Source: an uncultured Oscillospiraceae bacterium (GTDB taxonomy: Bacteria > Bacillota > Clostridia > Christensenellales > CAG-138). From it: DNA of 64,000 nt. Every line of letters starts with the position of its first letter. Within the stretch, counting starts at the first letter, position 1. The position numbers and the translations under genes were made by a program. The notes beneath the pieces are model-generated. The model saw only the letters and a list, made by a program, of their open reading frames with translations. It was not told the origin of the DNA and did no database searches. The stretch covers positions 275,792 through 339,791 of the forward strand of contig CAYTPV010000001.1 in assembly GCA_964440115.1 (NCBI GenBank), read 5' to 3'. Positions 37,898 through 48,118 of this stretch are shown here, piece by piece.

Positions 37898-38215
37898 ATG
37901 CTGGAATTGACCAAAGACAATTTCGAAGAAGAAGTTCTGCAGGCGACAGGCACCGCATTCGTTGATTTTTACGGCGACGGGTGCGTTCCCTGCCAGGCTT
38001 TGATGCCCTTTGTGCATGAGTGTGCTCACAAGTACGGCAGCAAAATCAAATTTGCCGCGCTGAACACCACGAAGGCCAGACGCCTTGCGATAGGCCAGAA
38101 AATTCTGGGCCTGCCCGTCATGGCGATTTATCAGAACGGCGAAAAGGTGGCCGAAGTTGTCAAAGACGATGCTACCCCCGCCAATATCGAAGCCATGATT
38201 CAAAAGTATCTCTAA
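37898..38215 (+). CDS. trxA: Thioredoxin (glycine-reductase-associated, GCVPC active site)
   Basis: Thioredoxin fold with a C-V-P-C redox motif, as in Grd-linked thioredoxins. Confidence 0.8.
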   Translation: MLELTKDNFEEEVLQATGTAFVDFYGDGCVPCQALMPFVHECAHKYGSKIKFAALNTTKARRLAIGQKILGLPVMAIYQNGEKVAEVVKDDATPANIEAMIQKYL

Positions 38216-38278
38216 GCCACAGGGCTTTTTAAGCTCAAATGGCTATAGGATAGAAATCTGAAAGAAGGAGGAATATCA

Positions 38279-38749
38279 ATGAGCCTGTTGAAAGACAAAA
38301 AGTGCATCATTATTGGCGACAGAGACGGCGTTCCCGGCCCGGCTATTGAAGAATGCGTCAAAAGCGCCGGCGCCCAAGTCGTATTCTCCGCAACAGAATG
38401 CTTTGTCTGAACTGCCGCTGGTGCAATGGACTTGGAAAATCAAAAACGTGTAAAGGATTTCGCAGAACAGTATGGCCCCGAAAATATCGTGGTCGTGCTG
38501 GGCGCTTCGGAAGCGGAAGCTTCCGGGCTGGCGGCTGAAACCGTCACCGCGGGCGATCCTACGTTTGCCGGTCCGTTGACAGGAGTCCAGTTGGGACTCA
38601 GAGCGTATCACATCTGCGAGGAAGAAATCAAAGCTGAGGTCAACCCGGATGTGTATGATGAGCAGGTTAGTATGATGGAAATGGTTCTGGATGTGGACAG
38701 CATCGCGCAAGAGATGCAGAGCATCCGCGAACAGTTCTGCAAGTATTAA
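38279..38749 (+). CDS. grdA: Glycine reductase selenoprotein A (GrdA), Sec at codon 44
   Basis: [57 protein letters not shown]... Sec sits in a CxxU motif. The track shows only the post-TGA part (38426-38749). Confidence 0.85.
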
Positions 38750-38885
38750 GCTGTTGGGGTGGTACGGCGAGGCATTGCCGCGCCACCTTCTTTTATTAAG
38801 ATATTCCTTCTTAAACCATCTAATTGGCTTAACCGGTATGCAGCGCGTCTGCCGCTGGAATGATGAAAAAAGGAGCGGTATTCCT

Positions 38886-40418
38886 ATGAACAGCGTACTC
38901 AAGGGCGCGGGATATTTTCTCGCCTTTACTCCGGATATGGTGATACAGAATGGTACGACGCAAACCACCGAGCGCATCGTCAACCCCGATTCGGAGTATT
39001 TAAAACAATTGCCGTCCCACATCCGCAGCTATGAGGATGTGGTAAGCTATCTCCCCAACCAGACCTATATCGGCACCATTACCCCCGACGAGCTTTCCTC
39101 CTACCCCCAGCCCTGGTATGACAAGAAGCTCGAAGGCGCGAAACGTTTTGGAAAACTCGGCGAAATCATGCCGCAGAACGAATTCATACTCATGATGCAG
39201 GTGTGCGACGTGTTCGATCTCGTGCGTCTGGAAAAATCGTTTGTGCAGCGCACGCGCGAGCAGCTTTCTAAGCATCCGCTTATCGGCGACGACATACTCG
39301 CGAGGGTACACGAAGGCGTGGAGCTTTCCGAAATAGAGCGTTTTGTGAACAACGAGCATGCCGAAGCCCTGTACGACGAGGGCAAGCTCATCGGTTATGT
39401 CAAGCGCGCGCATGATGTAGACTCTAACCTCACAGCGCACGTCATATTCGAAAATCTGGTATCAAAGGCTTCCTGCGTGCTTTCCATACTGCAGTTGATC
39501 GACAAAACCGGCATTTCCAAGGACAGCGTGGATTACGTCATCGATTGCTGCGAAGAGGCCTGCGGCGATATGAACCAGCGCGGCGGCGGCAACCTTGCCA
39601 AAGCGGCGGCTGAAATCGCGGGCCTTTCCAATGTTTCGGGCAGCGATATCCGCGCGTTCTGCGCAGCGCCCACCCACGCGCTAATTACGGCCGCTTCCCT
39701 CGTAAAGGCGGGAACGTATGACAGCGTCATCGTAGCAGCAGGCGGATGCACCGCTAAGCTCGGCATGAACGGCAAGGACCATGTCAAAAAGGGCATGCCC
39801 ATACTTGAAGACTGCGTAGCTGGCTTTGCCGTGCTCATCGGCAAGAACGACGGCATAAGCCCCGAGCTCATCACCGAATTCTGCGGCCGCCACACGGTGG
39901 GCACAGGTTCCTCCCCGCAGGCGGTCATTACCTCGCTGGTCGCCACGCCGCTTGAAAAGGCAGGGCTTAAGATCACCGATGTGGATAAATACTCTGTGGA
40001 AATGCAGAACCCCGATATCACCAAGCCCGCTGGCGCAGGCGACGTGCCGCTTGCCAACTTTAAGATGATAGGCGCGCTCGGCGTTAAGATGGGCGCCCTC
40101 GACAAGGCAGATTTGAACAGCTTTATTGAAAAGCACGGCATGACGGGCTGGGCACCCACGCAGGGGCATATTCCCTCCGGCGTTCCCTATCTGGGCTTTG
40201 CGAGGGAAGATATCATGAGCGGCAAAATCAACCGCGCCATGATCATCGGCAAGGGCAGCCTTTTCCTTGGCCGCATGACCAATCTGTTCGACGGCGTGTC
40301 CATTATGCTCGTCAAGAACAGCGGAGCGACGGAAACCGGTGCGGTATCCGAAAAGCAGATCAAGGATCTCATTGCCAAGGCTATGCGCGAATTTGCTCAA
40401 GCCATGCTGGCGGAATAG
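38886..40418 (+). CDS. grdC: Glycine reductase complex protein C, beta subunit (GrdC)
   Basis: About 510 aa, thiolase/FabH-like fold with conserved Cys. Sits between grdA and grdD. Confidence 0.75.
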   Translation: MNSVLKGAGYFLAFTPDMVIQNGTTQTTERIVNPDSEYLKQLPSHIRSYEDVVSYLPNQTYIGTITPDELSSYPQPWYDKKLEGAKRFGKLGEIMPQNEFILMMQVCDVFDLVRLEKSFVQRTREQLSKHPLIGDDILARVHEGVELSEIERFVNNEHAEALYDEGKLIGYVKRAHDVDSNLTAHVIFENLVSKASCVLSILQLIDKTGISKDSVDYVIDCCEEACGDMNQRGGGNLAKAAAEIAGLSNVSGSDIRAFCAAPTHALITAASLVKAGTYDSVIVAAGGCTAKLGMNGKDHVKKGMPILEDCVAGFAVLIGKNDGISPELITEFCGRHTVGTGSSPQAVITSLVATPLEKAGLKITDVDKYSVEMQNPDITKPAGAGDVPLANFKMIGALGVKMGALDKADLNSFIEKHGMTGWAPTQGHIPSGVPYLGFAREDIMSGKINRAMIIGKGSLFLGRMTNLFDGVSIMLVKNSGATETGAVSEKQIKDLIAKAMREFAQAMLAE

Positions 40419-40428
40419 GGGGGCATCA

Positions 40429-41589
40429 ATGGCCAACCAAATCAGCCAAACAATTGCAAAGACATTTCTAGAGCTAGCGGGGGCATTGGAAACCGGCAAG
40501 CTTGGAAAACAACCCAAAATTGCAGTAACCGGCCTTGGCAGCGAGCACGGCGAGCAGAACGCCTTGGAAGCGGCGCTTTTGGCGCACAGCCGCGGTGTGG
40601 ACGCAACGCTCATCGGTCACCTGACGCATGAAAACATCACGACCGTGCAGGTAAACGACGAGTGCGAAGCGCACAAAGCGCTAGAAGCGCTGCTCGAAAG
40701 CCGCGAGATAGACGGCGTGGTCACCATGCACTATCCCTTCCCCATCGGCGTTTCCACAGTGGGGCGCGTCATCACGCCCGGCCGCGGCCGCGAGCTGTTC
40801 CTCGCGACCACCACAGGCACTTCCTCCGCCGACCGCGTAGAAGGCTTGATCAAAAACGCTATCTATGGCATCATTACAGCAAAAGCCTGCGGCGTTCAAA
40901 ACCCGACTGTGGGCATTTTGAATATCGACGGTGCTCGGCAGGCGGAAATCGCGCTCAAGCAGCTGCAGCAGAACGGGTACCCCATCACTTTTGCATCGTC
41001 CGGACGCAGCGACGGCGGCTGCATTATGCGCGGCAACGATCTGCTTGCAGGTTCCTGCGACGTCATGGTCACCGACCCTCTGACGGGCAATGTCCTCGTC
41101 AAAATGCTCAGCGCTTACACCACCGGCGGCAGCTACGAATCCCTTGGCTACGGGTACGGCCCCGGCATTGGCGAAGGATATGATAAACTGGTATTGATCG
41201 TATCCCGCGCGTCGGGCGCGCCCGTGCTCGCAAACGCCATGCAGTTTGCCGCAGAGCTTGTGAAAGGGAATTACGCCGCAATCGCAAAAGCAGAATTTGC
41301 TCTTGCGAACGCCGCCGGCCTCAAAGGCATACTCGAAGCGCGCAAGGCAAAGAATGCGCAAACGGCGTCCGAAGCCGCGGAAATAGCCGCCCCTTCGAAA
41401 GAGGTCGTGACCTTCCAGCTTTCGGGCATCGAGATCATGGATCTCGAGGACGGCGTCAAGGCGCTGTGGAAAGCCGGTATCTATGCCGAAAGTGGCATGG
41501 GCTGCACTGGGCCCATCATACTGGTCAATGACGCAAAGGGCGAACAGGCAGCCAAGGTACTAAAAGAAGGCGGCTTTATCACCCAATAA
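40429..41589 (+). CDS. grdD: Glycine reductase complex protein C, alpha subunit (GrdD)
   Basis: About 386 aa, PlsX/Pta-like fold. Last gene of the grd block. RBS GGGGGG. Confidence 0.75.
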   Translation: MANQISQTIAKTFLELAGALETGKLGKQPKIAVTGLGSEHGEQNALEAALLAHSRGVDATLIGHLTHENITTVQVNDECEAHKALEALLESREIDGVVTMHYPFPIGVSTVGRVITPGRGRELFLATTTGTSSADRVEGLIKNAIYGIITAKACGVQNPTVGILNIDGARQAEIALKQLQQNGYPITFASSGRSDGGCIMRGNDLLAGSCDVMVTDPLTGNVLVKMLSAYTTGGSYESLGYGYGPGIGEGYDKLVLIVSRASGAPVLANAMQFAAELVKGNYAAIAKAEFALANAAGLKGILEARKAKNAQTASEAAEIAAPSKEVVTFQLSGIEIMDLEDGVKALWKAGIYAESGMGCTGPIILVNDAKGEQAAKVLKEGGFITQ

Positions 41590-41726
41590 GCCTCTGCTAA
41601 CGGGGCGAAGTACCCCGGTAACCTCGCGCGGGTGAAAGCCTGCGCGGGCTTTCCAAGGCTATGCGAGATCATTCATAGCCTTGGAAAACCCAATATTGCT
41701 TAAACCATTACAAAGGAGTGTTGACT

Positions 41727-43124
41727 GTGAGCCAGAATTCCGCTTTGCTGCGCGCTATTCCCAAGGTGGACGAGCTGTTGGCCCTGCCCGAGATGGCCGC
41801 CATCTGCATGCGCGAATCGCACTTTACGGTCACTTCCGCTATAAGAGAAACGCTGGATACTCTGCGGGCTGAGATACTATCCGGCAACCGAACGCAGGTG
41901 CCAACCGCACAGGATCTGCTGCCGCAGCTGACAGCGGCAGTACAGCGAAAGAGCATCTTAGGCTTGCGGCCCGTTATCAACGGCACGGGCATCGTGCTGC
42001 ATACCAATTTCGGCCGCGCTACACTTGCCGCGCAGGCCGCCGAAGCCGCCGCCCGAATAGCCACACAGTATTCCACGCTCGAATACGACGTAGAGCGCGG
42101 GGAACGCGGCGACCGCTGCTCGCATGTAGAGAATCTTCTGAGAGAACTCACCGGAGCGGAAGACGCGCTGGTGGTCAACAACAACGCCGCTGCGGTGCTT
42201 CTGGCGTTAACCAGCATGACGCGCGGACGCGAGGTCATCGTTTCCCGCGGCGAGCTCGTTGAGATCGGCGGTTCATTCCGCGTTCCCGCCATCATGCAGC
42301 AAAGCGGCAGCACGCTTGTGGAAGTGGGCACCACCAACAAAACGCGGCTGAGCGATTATGAGAACGCCATTGTGCCGGAAAAAACCGGCGCACTGCTGAA
42401 GGTGCATACCAGCAATTTTAAAATTGTCGGCTTTACGGAAGAGGTTTCTCTTTCGGAGCTAAAGAAGCTAAGCCTGCGATATGATATCCCCGTTATTCAC
42501 GATCTGGGCAGCGGCGCTTTGTGCAACCTCGCGGCTTGCGGCATTGTGGATGAACCCAATGTTCTGCAGAGTGTGCAGGCGGGCGCGGATGTGATCTGTT
42601 TTTCCGGCGATAAGCTGCTGGGCGGTCCGCAGGCGGGTATACTCATAGGCGCGAAACGATACATCGGCCCCATGAAAAAGAATCCGCTGCTGCGGGCGCT
42701 GCGCATAGACAAAATGACGCTGGCCGCGCTGGAAGCAACCCTGCGGCTGTACCGCGACCCACGAGACGCATTTTCCAGCATCCCCGTAATACGCATGCTC
42801 AGCAGCGATATAGGTGCTCTGCGCGCAAAAGCGCGCACGCTGACCGATGCCATCAGGGCGACAGGGCTTCCCTGCTTTGCGGATACGATAGACGAAAACG
42901 GGCAGGTGGGCGGCGGTTCCGTACCCACCCAATTGCTGCCTACGGCGGCGGTTGCCATTTCCCCGCAAAGCATCTCGGTGGTAGAGCTCGAACGCAGGCT
43001 TCGCTTAGGCGAACCGGCCATTGTAGGGCGTATCGCGCGGGATTGCTTTTTACTGGATGTCCGCACCATAGAGGACGGCGATTTTCCGGTGATCGTCGAA
43101 CGGCTCAGGGATTGTCTTGCATAA
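41727..43124 (+). CDS. selA: L-seryl-tRNA(Sec) selenium transferase
   Basis: PLP-dependent fold with SelA-type motifs (GTGIVLHTNFGRA, FSGDKLLGGPQAGI; the K is the PLP lysine). GTG start 9 nt after AAGGAG. Confidence 0.85.
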   Translation: MSQNSALLRAIPKVDELLALPEMAAICMRESHFTVTSAIRETLDTLRAEILSGNRTQVPTAQDLLPQLTAAVQRKSILGLRPVINGTGIVLHTNFGRATLAAQAAEAAARIATQYSTLEYDVERGERGDRCSHVENLLRELTGAEDALVVNNNAAAVLLALTSMTRGREVIVSRGELVEIGGSFRVPAIMQQSGSTLVEVGTTNKTRLSDYENAIVPEKTGALLKVHTSNFKIVGFTEEVSLSELKKLSLRYDIPVIHDLGSGALCNLAACGIVDEPNVLQSVQAGADVICFSGDKLLGGPQAGILIGAKRYIGPMKKNPLLRALRIDKMTLAALEATLRLYRDPRDAFSSIPVIRMLSSDIGALRAKARTLTDAIRATGLPCFADTIDENGQVGGGSVPTQLLPTAAVAISPQSISVVELERRLRLGEPAIVGRIARDCFLLDVRTIEDGDFPVIVERLRDCLA

Positions 43125-43160
43125 GGCCGTTCCAATACCACCGCGGCACGGGAGGTTTGT

Positions 43161-45065
43161 ATGAAAAACGCCATCATCGGCACGGCGGGCCATGTGGATC
43201 ACGGCAAGACACTGCTGATCAAAGCGCTCACGGGCATCGATACCGACAGGCTTAAGGAAGAAAAAAAGCGCGGCATCACCATAGAACTGGGGTTTGCGCA
43301 TATCACGCTGCCCAACGGTGAGATCGCAGGGATCATAGACGTACCCGGGCATGAGAAATTCATCAAAAACATGCTGGCGGGCGCGGGCGGCATAGACCTC
43401 GCGCTGCTTGTTGTGGCGGCGGACGAAGGGTTTATGCCGCAAACGCGCGAGCATTTGGAAATACTCTCGCTGCTGGATATCCGGCAGGGAATCATCGTGC
43501 TGACAAAAAAAGATCTCGTCGATCAGGACTGGATCGATTACGTCAGCGAGGAAATCCGCTCGGAAGTAGCCGGAAGCTTTCTGGAAAACGCGCCCATACT
43601 TCCCGTATCTTCCTATACCGGGGAAGGTATTGAGGCACTTAGAAACACCATCGCGGAACGGCTGCAAACGGTTGAGGCGAAAAATACGCAAAAGCCCTTT
43701 CGGCTGCCCGCAGACCGCGTATTCACCATGGAAGGTTTCGGCACGGTAGTAACCGGCACGCTCATTGAGGGTACGCTCAAAGAAGGCGACAAGGTCATGC
43801 TCTACCCCTCCGGTGAAGCAGGACGCGTACGCAATCTGCAGGTGCACGGGCAATCCGTGGAACAGGCTTTTGCAGGGCAGCGCACCGCCGTCAATATTGC
43901 GGGATTGAAAAAGAACGAAGTCGTCAGAGGCGACGTGCTTGCGCAGCCCGATTCCATGACCCCTACGCTGATGATGGATGTCATGCTCAGCATTCTGCCC
44001 AACTGCGCGCGGCAGATCACAAACGGACAGCGCCTGCATTTTTACCACGGCGCACGCGATGTGTTGTGCAAGCTCGTTTTGCTTGGGAACGACGAACTGG
44101 AAGCCGGAAAAAGCGGATACGCTCAGCTTCGGTTTGCGGAGCCTGTAGCGGCCAAGCAGGGCGATCATTTCGTGGTTCGCTTTTATTCGCCTCTGGAAAC
44201 AGTCGGCGGCGGCGTCATACTCGACCCCAACCCCGTCAAGCATAAGCGCAGCGACGCATCCGTTACCAGAATGCTGGCGATCAAAGAATCCGGTTCGTCT
44301 GCCGATAAACTATCTCAGGCCATACTGGAAGCAAGCCCGCGTTTTGAACCGCTGGAAACAGTCGCACGAAGGTTCGCCCCCGGCGGCGAACCGATAGACG
44401 AAGACCTGGCGTCCCTAATTTCAGATGGTTCAGTTGTGATGCTGACCGAGAAAATCGCGCTCCACAACGAGTATTTACAAACGCTGCAGCAATCCCTTAC
44501 GCGCATGCTTTCTGCACACCACAAGGCCAATCCTCTGCAGGCGGGCATGCGCCGCGAAGAAGCGCGCGCCAAGCTTCTTCCCAACAAGGATTCAGCCCTG
44601 TGCGACCGCATATTCGAGCTATTTGAACAACGCGGCCTGATCCGCACAGATGGCCTGCGTATCGCGTTGAAGGAGTTCGAGGTCGTTTATACGCCTGCAC
44701 AGCGAAAACTCGCTGACGCCATACTGACCATCTATACGAATGGAGGGTTTGCGCCGCCTTCACCAGAGGAGATCGCGCAGCAGTTTATAAAGGAACGCGA
44801 TTTTAAGCAGGTTTCGGAAGCGCTGTTGGCCGACGGGCATATCATTTCAGCCGCGCCGCAGGTAGCGTTCAGCTATGAAAACTACCTCAAGGCGCTGGAA
44901 CTCCTGCGGGAAGCCTTCACAAAGACGTCCCAGATCACGCTCGCGGATTTTCGGGATATACTGGATACCTCCCGCAAATACGCGGTAGCGCTGCTGGAGT
45001 ATTTCGATCGTCAGGGCTTCACAAGAAAGGTGGGAGACGTGCGCATGCCCGGCAAGGCGCTGTGA
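43161..45065 (+). CDS. selB: Selenocysteine-specific elongation factor
   Basis: GTPase G1 motif GHVDHGKT and DVPGHE, then EF-Tu-like domains and C-terminal winged-helix mRNA-binding repeats. Located immediately upstream of tRNA-Sec. Confidence 0.9.
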   Translation: MKNAIIGTAGHVDHGKTLLIKALTGIDTDRLKEEKKRGITIELGFAHITLPNGEIAGIIDVPGHEKFIKNMLAGAGGIDLALLVVAADEGFMPQTREHLEILSLLDIRQGIIVLTKKDLVDQDWIDYVSEEIRSEVAGSFLENAPILPVSSYTGEGIEALRNTIAERLQTVEAKNTQKPFRLPADRVFTMEGFGTVVTGTLIEGTLKEGDKVMLYPSGEAGRVRNLQVHGQSVEQAFAGQRTAVNIAGLKKNEVVRGDVLAQPDSMTPTLMMDVMLSILPNCARQITNGQRLHFYHGARDVLCKLVLLGNDELEAGKSGYAQLRFAEPVAAKQGDHFVVRFYSPLETVGGGVILDPNPVKHKRSDASVTRMLAIKESGSSADKLSQAILEASPRFEPLETVARRFAPGGEPIDEDLASLISDGSVVMLTEKIALHNEYLQTLQQSLTRMLSAHHKANPLQAGMRREEARAKLLPNKDSALCDRIFELFEQRGLIRTDGLRIALKEFEVVYTPAQRKLADAILTIYTNGGFAPPSPEEIAQQFIKERDFKQVSEALLADGHIISAAPQVAFSYENYLKALELLREAFTKTSQITLADFRDILDTSRKYAVALLEYFDRQGFTRKVGDVRMPGKAL

Positions 45066-45165
45066 TCTTGAACGTGCCGGGCGCGGTATGGGCATGGCGT
45101 GCCGTTGACTTTTCAAAAAAAATGTGATATATTGTGCCAGCTTGCCGCTTTTGCGGCAAAATTAT

Positions 45166-45263
45166 GGGGGTAGATGGGTCGCTGGTGTGCCCTCTGGTCT
45201 TCAAAACCAGTAAGAGTAGTGAAGAGCTGCTTAGGTGGGTTCGATTCCCACATACTCCCGCCA
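45166..45263 (+). tRNA. selC: tRNA-Sec (anticodon UCA)
   Basis: 98 nt. Anticodon stem CTGGT/ACCAG with loop CTTCAAA. Long variable arm. T-arm GTGGG-TTCGATT-CCCAC. About 8-bp acceptor stem ending GCCA. Confidence 0.85.
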
Positions 45264-45281
45264 ACAGGGGCTTGCCCCGGA

Positions 45282-45316
45282 ATGCGCCAATGCAAAATGC
45301 GTTGGCGCATTTTTTA
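45282..45316 (+). terminator. Intrinsic terminator after selC
   Basis: ATGCGCCAA-N11-TTGGCGCAT followed by TTTTTT. Confidence 0.75.
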
Positions 45317-45474
45317 TATTCGAGCCGGTGTCTCTCTTCCCCAAATGATCAGGGAAACCATGGAAATCTATGATATAATACAAAATGACTCGGCATTACC
45401 CCAATGTTCTCCCGCGCTAATCCCTGCCCGTCAGTTATCGCCATGAATACTGCATAGACAGAAAGGGTATCTGT

Positions 45475-46548
45475 ATGAGAATCAGCGAAGCAAAACAGTG
45501 CATCATGGAGCTCTATTTACACAGCGATTGCGTAACGGCGCTGATCAGTGAGCGCGGCGTGGGCAAAACCTCCGCTTTCCAGCAATGCGCGCGGGAACTC
45601 GGCATAGGCTACATGGGCTTGTACGCAGCAGCCATGGAAGGCCCGGATTTTATGGGGTTGCCGGATAAGGACCGCGAAAAGGGGATTACACGCTATCTTG
45701 CTCCGCAGTTTTTGCCCACCTGCAACGCGGTAAAGGAAGGCTTTTTTGAAGAAAAAGGCTTGCTTGTGCTCGAAGAAATCAACCGCGTGCCGACAGATAC
45801 CGTATCCGTATTGTATCCCCTGCTGCTCGAACGCAAAATCAACGGCCACAGCCTTGCGCCGGGCTGGAAAATCGGCGTGACCATGAACCCCGACACGCTG
45901 AATTATTCCGTGAATTCGCTCGACGACGCCATGCTGGACCGTTTCGTTTCCATAGAGATTACAGCCAATATTGAAGACTATATCGCCTATTCCCTCAAAA
46001 ACGATCCCTGTGATGATGTGCTCGCTTACCTTTCTGCCTGCCCCGATATGCTGCTGCGCGTGAAAAAGGCGGCAGATAGCACCGCCACCGCAAAGGCTCC
46101 TACGCCGCGCGGCTGGACAAGGGTGCAGCAGCTGTTAAACAACTGTGCGCTTCCTGAAAAGCTCACGCAGGAGCTCGTTTCGGGCATACTCGGGCCGCAG
46201 ACCGCCGCGTCATTCTTCGGCTACCTGAAAAACCGCGAGTTCTCCATACCTTCCGCCGAAGTGCTGCTCGCCGATTATACTGCTGTCAGGCCGCAAATCA
46301 TGAAGCTGGTTGATGCGGGAAGGCTGGATACTCTTGCGCTTGTACTCAAAAAAACCGTTTCTTTGCTTGAAGCAACTGAGGAACAATGCGCAAGCGTCGA
46401 CAGCCTGCTGGAGGATCTGCCGGAGGAATTTCAGTTGCTGTTCTTTAAAACGCTGGCACAGGGCAAGCCGGAATTGTTCCTCGAAGTAGCGACCAAGACA
46501 AAGGCTTTCAACGCCCTGTCCGATCAGGTGCTGTTGTATATTTCTTAG
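45475..46548 (+). CDS. AAA_5 (MoxR/McrB-like) ATPase
   Basis: Walker A SERGVGKTS, Walker B LLVLEEINR, sensor VTMNP. A TATAAT-like promoter lies about 100 nt upstream. Confidence 0.7.
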   Translation: MRISEAKQCIMELYLHSDCVTALISERGVGKTSAFQQCARELGIGYMGLYAAAMEGPDFMGLPDKDREKGITRYLAPQFLPTCNAVKEGFFEEKGLLVLEEINRVPTDTVSVLYPLLLERKINGHSLAPGWKIGVTMNPDTLNYSVNSLDDAMLDRFVSIEITANIEDYIAYSLKNDPCDDVLAYLSACPDMLLRVKKAADSTATAKAPTPRGWTRVQQLLNNCALPEKLTQELVSGILGPQTAASFFGYLKNREFSIPSAEVLLADYTAVRPQIMKLVDAGRLDTLALVLKKTVSLLEATEEQCASVDSLLEDLPEEFQLLFFKTLAQGKPELFLEVATKTKAFNALSDQVLLYIS

Positions 46549-46582
46549 CAGCGTCCATACAGTATACCGGGAGGAATCGGCC

Positions 46583-47713
46583 ATGCGGATGCAGGATACG
46601 GTCATCAAGCTGCTGCTGAGCCAGCCGTTTTACGGTTCGCTCGCTACCGCCATTTCGCTGCAGGAAAGCAAATCTGTTGAAAAAACGCAAATGACGCTGC
46701 TCCCTTCCCCCGTGCTCAAATACAACCCGGAATGGTACCAAGACTTAAGCGAAGCGCAGGCAATCGGCGTGCTGCTGCATGAACTGCTGCATCTGCTGCT
46801 GATGCACGCCCTGCGATGCGGCGAACGCGATCCGTTGATTTGGGCCGTATGCTGCGATATGGCGGTCAACGACCATCTGCCGCAGGAAATGCTGCCCGCA
46901 AACGCTGTGACGACGCAAAAGATGGAACGGGAGCTTTCCCTGAAGCTGCAGCATCATAAAAGTGCAGAAAGCTACTATGCGGATATCGCGAAGCTGCTTG
47001 CCGATTCGTTCAGCTTCACGAAAATGAAGGACATGGTCACACTCAAAAGCAGCAACGGCAGCCTGCTCGAAGCTGATTTGCCGCCCGAAGAAGACATCTC
47101 AGAGATGAACGAACAGGCGCTCAAAGGTACGCTGCGGGATTTGATAGACGAATCGCGTCAGGGCGGCGAAGTGCCGCAGGCACTTGATGCTGAGCTCGAT
47201 GTGGTTTATGCGCAGGCGCAAATCGACTGGAAAACCATATTTAAACGGTTCTTAACGGGCAGAGGGCGCATGGAGTCGCGTGCTACCTACAAGCGGGAAT
47301 CCCGCCGATATGACAGCTTCCCCGGCAGCAAGCGAAGCGTGGGGTTATCCGTGCTGATCGCGCTCGACGAAAGCGGTTCCATATCCAACGAACAGCTGCA
47401 GACATTCTTCCATGAAGTCATGGCCGTCAACCGCATTACCAACGCGCAAATACTTGTCACCGAATTTGATACCAGATGCACCCCGCCCAAACCCGCCGCA
47501 GATTATCGACATGTGCAAAAGCGAGAAATGAACGGCGGAACGGATTTCAGGCCCGTTTTTGAACTTGCGGACAGCCTGAAAGTATCCCTCGTTGTCATTT
47601 TTACGGACGGCGATGGCAGCGCGCCCCAAAACGCAAACCAAAAAGTGCTGTGGGTACTCACAAAGGGCGGAAAACAACCCGCCGTCTTTGGATACAGCGT
47701 GACATTTGAGTAG
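46583..47713 (+). CDS. Metallopeptidase-like (HExxH) N-domain plus VWA-like C-domain protein (DUF2201-type)
   Basis: LLHELLHLLLMH motif in the N-terminal half. The C-terminal half has a VWA/MIDAS-like region (ALDESGS...). Gene is coupled to the AAA_5 ATPase. Confidence 0.6.
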   Translation: MRMQDTVIKLLLSQPFYGSLATAISLQESKSVEKTQMTLLPSPVLKYNPEWYQDLSEAQAIGVLLHELLHLLLMHALRCGERDPLIWAVCCDMAVNDHLPQEMLPANAVTTQKMERELSLKLQHHKSAESYYADIAKLLADSFSFTKMKDMVTLKSSNGSLLEADLPPEEDISEMNEQALKGTLRDLIDESRQGGEVPQALDAELDVVYAQAQIDWKTIFKRFLTGRGRMESRATYKRESRRYDSFPGSKRSVGLSVLIALDESGSISNEQLQTFFHEVMAVNRITNAQILVTEFDTRCTPPKPAADYRHVQKREMNGGTDFRPVFELADSLKVSLVVIFTDGDGSAPQNANQKVLWVLTKGGKQPAVFGYSVTFE

Positions 47714-47755
47714 CGGCAATATCCCCGATTTTATACGCGAGGAGCCGGAATACGC

Positions 47756-48118
47756 ATGATCATGGAGTATTTTCTGACAGGCGGATGTCTGCAGATAGGT
47801 AAAAAAGAAGCCATGTTTGAGCTGCTGCGAAAAGACAGCGTGCTGCGCCCTCTGCTCGGAGACAGCATGCAGTCATTTACGTCCAAATCTGGACATGCAA
47901 ACGCGCAGGGGGATTTTGTGGCCATTGATCTGCATGGTATCGCCGAACGGAAGCTCAGCGGCGATCCCGCAGGCATGCTCAGCGAACTCAAAGCGCGCTA
48001 TGGCAGCGCAGTCAGCGGAAAACTCTGCTTCAGAAGCTTCTATACGACATTTGCGCACACCTATTATTACGATATCGATATTACTGCAGATCAGATCGCC
48101 ACGCTGCCTGTGGAGTGA
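47756..48118 (+). CDS. Hypothetical small protein (third gene of the AAA/VWA cluster)
   Basis: 120 aa with no recognisable motifs. Co-oriented and tightly spaced. Its 3' end overlaps the convergent wecB stop by 37 bp. Confidence 0.4.
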   Translation: MIMEYFLTGGCLQIGKKEAMFELLRKDSVLRPLLGDSMQSFTSKSGHANAQGDFVAIDLHGIAERKLSGDPAGMLSELKARYGSAVSGKLCFRSFYTTFAHTYYYDIDITADQIATLPVE

